Of a stretch of DNA of 64,000 nucleotides, positions 1-7,432 are shown piece by piece. The notes below the pieces were generated by a model. That model did no database searches, was not told the origin of the DNA, and saw nothing but the letters and a program-made list of their open reading frames with translations. The stretch is from assembly GCA_965223545.1 (NCBI GenBank), contig OZ245006.1, positions 5,920,001 to 5,984,000 on the forward strand, written 5' to 3'. This DNA comes from Planctomycetota bacterium. GTDB lineage: Bacteria > Planctomycetota > UBA1135 > UBA2386. The position numbers and the translations under genes were made by a program. The stretch's first letter is position 1. Every line of letters starts with the position of its first letter.

Positions 1-868
1 TCACCAGCAGGCCGACGCCGCCGTCGGTCACCTGGCAAGCGTTGCCGACGGTGACGTCGCCTTCGCGCTTGTCGAACACGGGCCGCAGCTTTTGCAGTGC
101 CTCCGTGCTCTGTCCCTCGCGGATGCCATTGTCGTGCTCGACCATGGCGGTGTAGCGGGGCGGCGGAACCAGCGGTGCGATCTCGTCGGCCAGCCGTCCC
201 TCGGTCCGGGCCGCGGCGGCGCGGCGGTGGCTCTCGACCGCGTAGGCGTCCTGCGCCGCGCGGTCGATGCCGAAGCGGCGGGCGACGTTCTCCGCCGTCA
301 TGCCCATCAACAGGCCGCTGACCGGGTCGGTGAGCCCCTCGAGCAAGGCCACCCGCGGGGCGAGGAAGGACGGGCGAAACGACAACGCGGTCTTGAGCTT
401 GGCCCACAGCGATCGGGCGCTGCCCAGCCGTTCGAACATCGAGGTCAGCTTCGGGCCCATGATCAGCGGGTAGCGCGACATCGACTCGGCGCCGCCCACC
501 AGGAACACCTCGCCGTCGCCGGCGCGCAGCCGGTGCTGCGCGGCCAGCAGCGCCTCGAGACCCGAAGCGCAGTTGCGCATCACCGTGACGCCGGGCACGC
601 GCTGCGGCAGGCCCGCGCGCAGCGCCGCCACCCGCGCGACGTTGGCCTCGCTCGGATCGGGGCCGCCACAGCCGAGGATCACCTCGTCGATGCACTCGGG
701 GTCGACGCCGGTGCGGTCGATGACCTCGCGGAAGCAATGCGTGGCGAGGTCGGCCGCCGCGGCGCCGCGCAGATCGGTCTGCCGCTTGCAGAAGGGAGTG
801 CGCACGCCGCCGACCAGGGCCAGGGTCTCGTGCGGGTCGGTCTTTGTCTTCATCGGTGTCGGGGCCAT
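1..868 (-). CDS. Acetyl-CoA C-acyltransferase (thiolase, FadA/FadI-like); 3' end runs off the window
   Basis: Absent from the ORF track because there is no stop in the window. Hand translation of the minus strand from ATG 868 (alternative 853) gives ...LVGGVRTPF...IDEVILGC...NVARVAAL...TVMRNCASG...GGAESMS...MGMTAE...VTVGNACQVTDG, which are thiolase motifs including the catalytic Cys in NCASG. Confidence 0.93.
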   Translation of the reverse strand, partial: MAPTPMKTKTDPHETLALVGGVRTPFCKRQTDLRGAAAADLATHCFREVIDRTGVDPECIDEVILGCGGPDPSEANVARVAALRAGLPQRVPGVTVMRNCASGLEALLAAQHRLRAGDGEVFLVGGAESMSRYPLIMGPKLTSMFERLGSARSLWAKLKTALSFRPSFLAPRVALLEGLTDPVSGLLMGMTAENVARRFGIDRAAQDAYAVESHRRAAAARTEGRLADEIAPLVPPPRYTAMVEHDNGIREGQSTEALQKLRPVFDKREGDVTVGNACQVTDGGVGLLV

Positions 869-937
869 GCGATGGAACCTTTCGGCAAAGCCGCACTGCC
901 GAATGGATGCTACCCGTGAGCGGTCGGCGCCAGCGGG

Positions 938-963
938 GGTTTCACTCGGCGGTTTCACTCGGC
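938..963. repeat. Perfect tandem 13-bp direct repeat GGTTTCACTCGGC x2 in the divergent thiolase/patatin intergenic region
   Basis: 938-950 and 951-963 are identical. An inverted repeat TTCGGCA-N9-TGCCGAA lies nearby at 881-903. Confidence 0.8.
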
Positions 964-990
964 TGGGCCGGCGATCCGATCACTGCGGAG

Positions 991-2178
991 ATGGACGAGC
1001 GCGGAAGTGAGGGCCCAGCGCCTACGAGCGACGGGCGGCCGGTGCTCGATGGCGGTGCCGCTTCGCCCGGCGAGCTGGTCCAGCCGGTCGGCGGCGTCGA
1101 CGGCAGTGCCGGGCGCGTGCGGCCGCGCACCATCCTGGTGCTCGGCGGCGGTGGCGCGCGCGCGTGGGCCCACGTCGGTGTGCTGCGCGCTTGCGAGCGC
1201 CTCGGTCTGGTGGTCGACGAAGTGGTCGGCACCGGCATCGGCGCGGCGGTCGGTGCGGCGGCCGCCGCGGGAATGCAAGCGGCGGAGATCGAGGCCGCGC
1301 TGCGGCCGTTGCCGGCGCGGGTTGCCGCCGACATCGAGCAGTGGCTGTGCGACCCGGACGATCTCCAGGCGGCGGCCGCCCGCGGTGAGCGGCTGCGTGT
1401 CCTGCTGCGCGCGGCGCTGCCCGAGCATCGCTTTCACCGCCTGCGCAAGCCGCTCTTCTGCAACGCGCTGGCGCTGGGCAGCGGCGCCGTGCGCTACTTC
1501 GGCGTGCCGGGCGCGCCGGTGGTCTCGGTTGCCGACGCGGCCTATGCCAGCGCGTGCCTGCCCGGCGTGTACGCGCCCGCGGAGCTGCTGGGCGAGAGTT
1601 ACGTCGACGGCGGCATGGCCGAGCCCTTGGGCCTGCGCTGGGCCGAGACGCGCCGCCCGGACCTGGTCATCGCGGTCGACGTGACCGGCCATGGCCCGCT
1701 GCCGACCTCCGGCACCCGCGCTCCGGTCCTGCTGCAGACCTATGCGGTCATGGTGCGCGCCCTCAACGAGCACACCCTGCATCGCTTTGCCGACAGCCGG
1801 CACATGGTGCTGGTCAAACCGCGGTTGTCGGACTTGTCCATGCTCACCATCGGCGACGCTTCGGAGTTGGTCTGCCGGGGTGAGCAGGCCGCCTACGACG
1901 CGCTGGCGACGCACTCGTTGACCCGCTATCTGTGCGATCCCGACGTGGTCCGCGGCGTCGATCGGGGTGCGCTGCAGCCCAGCGACTACGTCGAGCTGCA
2001 GGTCGACGCGCAGACCTGCGTGCACTGTGGACTGTGCGCGGTGACGTGCGCCACCAACGGTTACGCCGCAGTGCCCTGGGGCACTGTGGTGCGCAAGCTG
2101 CACCACTACGAGTGCAGTCGCGATGGCGCTTGCGAGCGGGCGTGTCCGGTCGGGGCGATCCAGCTGCACCTCACTTGA
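991..2178 (+). CDS. Patatin-like domain (nucleophile Ser absent) fused to a C-terminal 2[4Fe-4S] ferredoxin-like domain
   Basis: LVLGGGGARAWAHVG glycine-rich loop, GTGIG at the GxSxG position, YVDGG motif; C-terminal CVHCGLCAVTC and ECSRDGACERACP. Start chosen at ATG 991 within the ORF-track frame 844..2178. Confidence 0.85.
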   Translation: MDERGSEGPAPTSDGRPVLDGGAASPGELVQPVGGVDGSAGRVRPRTILVLGGGGARAWAHVGVLRACERLGLVVDEVVGTGIGAAVGAAAAAGMQAAEIEAALRPLPARVAADIEQWLCDPDDLQAAAARGERLRVLLRAALPEHRFHRLRKPLFCNALALGSGAVRYFGVPGAPVVSVADAAYASACLPGVYAPAELLGESYVDGGMAEPLGLRWAETRRPDLVIAVDVTGHGPLPTSGTRAPVLLQTYAVMVRALNEHTLHRFADSRHMVLVKPRLSDLSMLTIGDASELVCRGEQAAYDALATHSLTRYLCDPDVVRGVDRGALQPSDYVELQVDAQTCVHCGLCAVTCATNGYAAVPWGTVVRKLHHYECSRDGACERACPVGAIQLHLT

Positions 2179-2281
2179 GGGGCGAGCGGATCCGCTGTTG
2201 ACCCGGCGTGCCGGCGGCTTACAGAATCGAGCCGCCGCTGCCGGCTCCCCGTTCCGCATTGCCCCCCTCGAAGTGCCCGGT

Positions 2282-3316
2282 TTGAAGTTCCAGGACTACT
2301 ACCAGACTCTCGGCGTCGCCCGCGCCGCCGACGCCGACGCGATCAAGAAGGCCTACCGCAAGCTGGCGATGCAGTGGCATCCCGACCGCCAACCCGAGGC
2401 CGAGCGCGAGGCCGCCAGGCAGCGGTTCGTGCAGATCTCGGAGGCCTACGAGGTGTTGTCGGACAGCGAGAAGCGCGCCCGCTACGACCAGTTCGGCGAG
2501 CACTGGCGCGAAGGGCAGGAGTTTCGCGCCCCGCCGGGCGCGCAGACGATGAGCCCGGAGGAGTTCGAAGCGGCGTTCGGCGGCGGCGGTGGCTTCTCCG
2601 ACTTCTTCCGCAGCATGTTCGGCAACCAGTTCCGCGCCGACTTCCGCGGTGGCGCGCGGCGCCACCCGCGCTACGCGCACCGCGGGGCCGACGTGCGCGC
2701 CAACCTCGAGCTCAAGGTCGGCGACGCCGTGCGCGGGGGGGTGAGCTCTTTCGAAGTCGGTGCACACGCCTCGTGCCCGGTGTGCGGTGGCGTCGGCTTC
2801 GTCGACGACCACGTCTGCCCGCGGTGCGCGGGGGTCGGACAGGTGCGGCTGGCCAAGACCGTCGAGCTGCGGATTCCCGACGACGTGCGCGACGGCCAAG
2901 TGCTGCGCATGCGCGGGCTCGGGGAGGCGGGTGCCGAGGGTGGCGAGGCCGGCGATTTGTTGCTGACCCTGCGCTTGGCGGACGACGACGTCTACCGGTT
3001 GCGCGGTGCCGACGTCGAGGCGGACGTTTGGCTGGCGCCGTGGGAGGCGCTGGCCGGCGCCAGCGTCGACGTGCGCACGGCGCGCGGCACCGCAGTCGCC
3101 AAGATCCCCCCCGGCACCGCGGCCGGCACGCGGTTGCGGTTGCGCGGGCAGGGGCTGGCGACAGCGGACGGTGGCCGCGGCGATCTGATCATCGTCGTGC
3201 GAATGGCGCTGCCGGCCGCGCTCAGCGAACGCCAGCGAGAGTTGCTGCAAGAAGCGGGCGCCGCGGGGCCGCGCGCGGCGATCGGCGGTGCTCGCACCGA
3301 GGGGTCGCAGTCATGA
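2282..3316 (+). CDS. cbpA: DnaJ-family co-chaperone, CbpA-like
   Basis: KFQDYYQTLGV, HPD motif, G/F-rich region, DnaJ C-terminal domain; followed by a cbpM-like gene with ATGA overlap. TTG start at 2282 is inferred. Confidence 0.88.
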   Translation: MKFQDYYQTLGVARAADADAIKKAYRKLAMQWHPDRQPEAEREAARQRFVQISEAYEVLSDSEKRARYDQFGEHWREGQEFRAPPGAQTMSPEEFEAAFGGGGGFSDFFRSMFGNQFRADFRGGARRHPRYAHRGADVRANLELKVGDAVRGGVSSFEVGAHASCPVCGGVGFVDDHVCPRCAGVGQVRLAKTVELRIPDDVRDGQVLRMRGLGEAGAEGGEAGDLLLTLRLADDDVYRLRGADVEADVWLAPWEALAGASVDVRTARGTAVAKIPPGTAAGTRLRLRGQGLATADGGRGDLIIVVRMALPAALSERQRELLQEAGAAGPRAAIGGARTEGSQS

Positions 3317-3579
3317 CACAGGCCCGCGTCACGATCGACGGCGACCTCTATCTGACGCTGGAAGCGATCGCCCAGTGCTACCGGGTCGAAGTCGCGTGGT
3401 TGCGGCGGGCCTACGACGCCGGCGTGCTCGGCCCCGGCCGGCAACACGAGCGGACGGTGTTGTTGGCTGCGCGCCGCCTCGACCGGGTCGCCGCGGTCGT
3501 GCGCTTGAGTCTGTACTACTCGCTGGACCTCGAGGCGATGGCTGCGCTCATCGGCAGCGAGGCCGACGAAGGGCAATAG
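3313..3579 (+). CDS. cbpM: Chaperone modulator CbpM-like (MerR-type HTH)
   Basis: 88 aa, MTQARVTIDGDLYLTLEAIAQCYRVEVAWL...GVLGP...RLSLYYSLDLEAMAAL; overlaps the cbpA stop, the typical cbpAM arrangement. Confidence 0.75.
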   Translation: MTQARVTIDGDLYLTLEAIAQCYRVEVAWLRRAYDAGVLGPGRQHERTVLLAARRLDRVAAVVRLSLYYSLDLEAMAALIGSEADEGQ

Positions 3580-3585
3580 CCGCCG

Positions 3586-6252
3586 TCATGGCTGGAGCGT
3601 GACGCTCAGCCCCTGCGACGCGGAGAAACCGGTCACCGGGCACGGCGGCGGCGCCTGTGGTCCGAAGAATACGAACTGCGCGCTCACCGTGCTGCCGACC
3701 AGCGTCGGCTGCGCGGGGATCGGCAGCGCGACGGCGCTGGCGCCGCGCGGATCGCTGGCGATGTTGGTGAGCACGAACGGCTGCAGCAGGTCGATCCAGA
3801 CGTCGACACCGGCGATCGGCAGGGGGCTGCTCGCCGCGGTGCCGAGGCCGAGCACGCCGATGCTGCTCGCGGGGGCGCCGGTGCACAGCAGGGAGAAGCC
3901 GGCGTTGCCGACGGCGGGCGCCGAGATGGCCGCCGCGTGCAGGGCGCCGCCGCAGCCCGGCGTGTGCTGACCGAACGCCGCCACCCCGGTGGGCAAGAGA
4001 TCGAGGTGGGTGACGAATGCGTCGCGCGCGCCGCCGATGCCGCGCTGGGCGAACGAGCCCGCGCTGGTCGGATAGTCGTCGCTCTCGGTGTTGCCCGCGA
4101 CCAGGACGCCGCCGCCGGGATGCAGCGCCAGGGCGGCGACCTCCTCTTCGCCCGAGCTGGTGCCGTTGCCGTCGCCGCCGAGGTAGGTCGAGTACAGCAG
4201 CTGAGCGGCGCCGGCGCGCGCCGGGTCGAGCCAGGCGAGGACGGCATCGGTGCCGCCGAACCGGGCCGTGGCGAAGGCGCCGCTGCTGGTGGGCCAGTCG
4301 AGCGAGCGCGAGTCTCCGGCCAGCGTGATCAGGCCGGCGCCATCGACCTGCATCGCCCGCAGATTGTCGTTCTCGCCGCCGCCGATCAAGGTTGCGTACA
4401 GCAGCTGCGCAGCGCCCGTCCGGGTCGGATCGAAGCGGGCGACGAAACAGTCCAGCGGGCCGCCGGGGCGGCTTTGGTTGAACGCGTTCGGCGTCGTCGG
4501 AAAGGTCGGCGAGTTGGTGTCACCCCCGGCGGTGATCACGCCGTCGTCGGCCACGTGCAGCGCGTCGAACCAATCCGAGCCGCCGGCGCCGAAGAACGTG
4601 CCCCAGGTCACCTGGGCAGGGCCGCTCTGGGCGGGATCCAAGCGCAGCAGGTACGCGTCGCCGACTCCGTTGAACGTCGGGTCCAAGCCGGCGGTGCCGA
4701 CCGGGAAGTCCGGCGACGCGGTTTCGCCGGCGAGGGTGTGGATGCCGGCCGCGTCGACGTGGATGGCGATGGTCGCGTCCCAGCTCGTGCCACCGACGAA
4801 GGTGGCGTAGCGGAGCTGCTGGGCCGGGGGCATTGTCGGGTCGAGGATCCAGCAGAAGGAGTCGAACGGGAACTGCGGGGTGCCGCCGTTGAAGGTGCGA
4901 TCGAACGCGTTCGCGGTGGTCGGCAGATTCGCCGAGGCCGTGTCGCCGGCGATCGAGTAGCTGCCGTCGGCCTGCAGCGCGACCGCGGACGCGAAGTCGC
5001 CGGCTGCGCCGCCGATGTAGGTCGAGTAGAGCAGCTGCGCTGCACCGGACTGTGCCAGGTCCAAGTGGATCAGGTAGCCGTCGCCGGTGCCGTTGTGCGA
5101 CGGGTCGAACGCGTTGGCGCTGGTCGGGAAGTCGGTCGACCCGGTCTGCCCGACGACCACGACTCCCAGTCCGCCGGCAGGGCGCAGCTCGATCGGTCGC
5201 TCGCCGTTGCCGCCGCCGATGAACGTCGATTGCAACAGCTGTGCGTTGCCGCTCGCCGCCGGATCGAGGCGGGCGACGAAGACATCGGCGAAGCCGTTGA
5301 GCTGGGTGGAGAACGCGCCCGCCACCGTCGGGAACAGCGGCTCCCGGGTGATGCCGGCCACGGTGACGACGCCGGTGTCGTCGACCGCGATGTCGATTGC
5401 CTCGCTGGGCCCGCCCGCGCCGTTCGCACCCGGCAGCACCGTCGACCACAGGATGCCCGGATCGATGCACAGGCGGAGGTCGGGATCGCGATCGACGACG
5501 CAGAAGCCGAACCGGTCGGGGCCGCGCAGCTCGTAGCGGCAGTCGACCGGCTGTCGGTGGCCATCCCGCGTCCACTGCCACGTCAGCGGCGGTGGTTGGT
5601 GCAGCGCGCCGAGGGCGGTGTGCAGCCACAGAGTGCCGTCGTCGGCGAGGGCCAGCGTGCCGCCGGTGACCGCGATCTCGACGTCCGCCAGCGCGGCTCC
5701 TCGGTCTAGAACGACGTCGTACTCCGGATGCCCGTCGAGCTCGTAGACCACCACGTCGACGCCGGGGAGGATCTCGGCGAGGCGCACGGCGTCATACATG
5801 GGCGCGCGGCACCAGGCGGCGGGGTCGTCGCCGCGCAGGTAGGTCCGGGCCGCGGCCCAGGGCTGCTCGCCGCGGACTGTGGCAGCGCCCTCGGGACTGG
5901 CGAAGTCGAACCGCACGGCCACCCCGGGAACTGCTCGGGTGTCGTCGGCGATCGCGTCACCATCCGAATGGGGGGTGATCGCGGTCCACGTCCAGCCGCG
6001 TGCATCGACCGCGAGCGTGGTTTCCCCGCGCTGCCAGGCGAAGCGCGCCGCCGCCGGCCATTGGCCGCGGTTGGCGACGAAGGGGGAGGTCTCGCGCCAT
6101 CCGCGCGGCGCCATCGCGGATTGGTCCCTACCGGTGCCGGGTGCCGGAGAGGTTGGAGCGTCGTTTGGACCGGCCTCGGTGGCCGGCGAGAGAGCGAGCC
6201 AAACGAGGATCAACCCAAAGATCCCCTGGCGGGCGAGAAGGCGGCAATTCAC
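3586..6252 (-). CDS. Secreted SBBP (beta-propeller) repeat surface protein with a C-terminal putative sorting domain
   Basis: Signal peptide, FVANRGQW N-terminal domain, LCIDP linker, and about six repeats of ~65 aa (DP..G.AQLLYSTY(I/L)GG...GxTxSxDFPT..AF). Confidence 0.85.
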   Translation of the reverse strand: MNCRLLARQGIFGLILVWLALSPATEAGPNDAPTSPAPGTGRDQSAMAPRGWRETSPFVANRGQWPAAARFAWQRGETTLAVDARGWTWTAITPHSDGDAIADDTRAVPGVAVRFDFASPEGAATVRGEQPWAAARTYLRGDDPAAWCRAPMYDAVRLAEILPGVDVVVYELDGHPEYDVVLDRGAALADVEIAVTGGTLALADDGTLWLHTALGALHQPPPLTWQWTRDGHRQPVDCRYELRGPDRFGFCVVDRDPDLRLCIDPGILWSTVLPGANGAGGPSEAIDIAVDDTGVVTVAGITREPLFPTVAGAFSTQLNGFADVFVARLDPAASGNAQLLQSTFIGGGNGERPIELRPAGGLGVVVVGQTGSTDFPTSANAFDPSHNGTGDGYLIHLDLAQSGAAQLLYSTYIGGAAGDFASAVALQADGSYSIAGDTASANLPTTANAFDRTFNGGTPQFPFDSFCWILDPTMPPAQQLRYATFVGGTSWDATIAIHVDAAGIHTLAGETASPDFPVGTAGLDPTFNGVGDAYLLRLDPAQSGPAQVTWGTFFGAGGSDWFDALHVADDGVITAGGDTNSPTFPTTPNAFNQSRPGGPLDCFVARFDPTRTGAAQLLYATLIGGGENDNLRAMQVDGAGLITLAGDSRSLDWPTSSGAFATARFGGTDAVLAWLDPARAGAAQLLYSTYLGGDGNGTSSGEEEVAALALHPGGGVLVAGNTESDDYPTSAGSFAQRGIGGARDAFVTHLDLLPTGVAAFGQHTPGCGGALHAAAISAPAVGNAGFSLLCTGAPASSIGVLGLGTAASSPLPIAGVDVWIDLLQPFVLTNIASDPRGASAVALPIPAQPTLVGSTVSAQFVFFGPQAPPPCPVTGFSASQGLSVTLQP

Positions 6253-6439
6253 GGGTGCAACGTCGAGTTCTGCACGGCCCGGAGCCCAGGAAACCGAAAA
6301 GAGGCCTGGATAAGCCGGGACAGCTCCCCAAGTCTACGACAACGGGCTAACCTGGGGTAAGCCCGCATCGTCGTGGGCTTGCCGCCGCAGTCCAATCCGG
6401 CGCGTCGTCGCCCCACACACCGAGGAGAAGCATCGCTAA

Positions 6440-7375
6440 ATGTCCGCGCCGAGGGTCAGCATCGGGTTGCCCGTCTGGAACGGGGCTGCCTACGTGCAGC
6501 AGGCGCTCGACTCCATCGCTGCGCAATCGATGGGCGACTTCGAGCTGCTCATCGGCGACAACGGATCCGACGACGGTACAGCCGAGATCTGCGCTGCGTT
6601 CGCCGCCGGTGACGCGCGCGTGCGCGTGCTGCGCAGCGAGACCAACCGCGGCGCGTCGTGGAACTACAACCGATTGGTCGGCGAGGCGCGCGGCGCCCTG
6701 TTCAAGTGGGCGGCCTACGACGATTGGTTGGCCGAAGACTATCTCCTGCGTTGCGTCGACGGGCTCGAGGCCAACCCGGATGCCGTCCTGTGCTATCCGG
6801 CCACTACGGTGGTGCAGGACGACGGTGCAGTGATCGGCCCCCTCGACTACGGCCTCACGGTGGACGCGGCCGACCCGATCGATCGCTACCGCAGTCTGCG
6901 CTCGTTCCTCTCGGTGATGCGTCGCTTCCAGTGCAATGCGGTCTTCGGGCTGCACCGCACCGAAGTCCTGCGCAGCGTGCGTCCGCTGCGTGCCCAATGG
7001 GGCACCGATGCGGTGTTGCTCGCCGAACTCGCGCTGCGCGGTCGGTTCGTGTCCCTGCCGGAGCCGCTGTTCTTCCGGCGCGAGCACGACGACCGCTCGA
7101 TGCGCTCGAACACCTCGGCACAGGCCATCGCCGAGTGGTTCGGTCCGCTCGACGGCCGCTCTCCGTACTTCCCGCAGTGGCGTTGCTTCCGGGATCACAT
7201 CCGGGCCGTCTCGACGTCCGATCTGGGTCTGCTGCAGCGCGTGCGCTGTCACGCGATCGCGCTGCGCACGACTCCGTGGCGGCCGTTGGTGCGCGAGCTT
7301 CGCCGCGCCTGGCGCCGGCGCGGCCGCCGGCGCGGCATCGACGCGCCCGCCGTCGGCGCCGGCCGGCAGGCCTGA
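6440..7375 (+). CDS. Glycosyltransferase family 2
   Basis: VSIGLPVWNG, IGDNGSDDGT, NRGASWNYN and WAAYDD motifs; GAGGAG Shine-Dalgarno upstream. Confidence 0.92.
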   Translation: MSAPRVSIGLPVWNGAAYVQQALDSIAAQSMGDFELLIGDNGSDDGTAEICAAFAAGDARVRVLRSETNRGASWNYNRLVGEARGALFKWAAYDDWLAEDYLLRCVDGLEANPDAVLCYPATTVVQDDGAVIGPLDYGLTVDAADPIDRYRSLRSFLSVMRRFQCNAVFGLHRTEVLRSVRPLRAQWGTDAVLLAELALRGRFVSLPEPLFFRREHDDRSMRSNTSAQAIAEWFGPLDGRSPYFPQWRCFRDHIRAVSTSDLGLLQRVRCHAIALRTTPWRPLVRELRRAWRRRGRRRGIDAPAVGAGRQA

Positions 7376-7432
7376 CGGCGGCGAATCGGCGAGACCACTG
7401 CCGGCGCGCAAACGCCGACGGCTGGGGTCACG

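Noticed and set aside
4000..5460. Regularly spaced similar DNA segments that could suggest an array
   Set aside because: They are degenerate coding repeats of the SBBP propeller, not identical CRISPR repeats with spacers; no cas genes are present.
6279..6380. Possible c-di-GMP-I riboswitch (GGAAAC...GAAA)
   Set aside because: The GCAAAG/CTAA core and P2 arrangement could not be fitted; kept only as a low-interest structured region.
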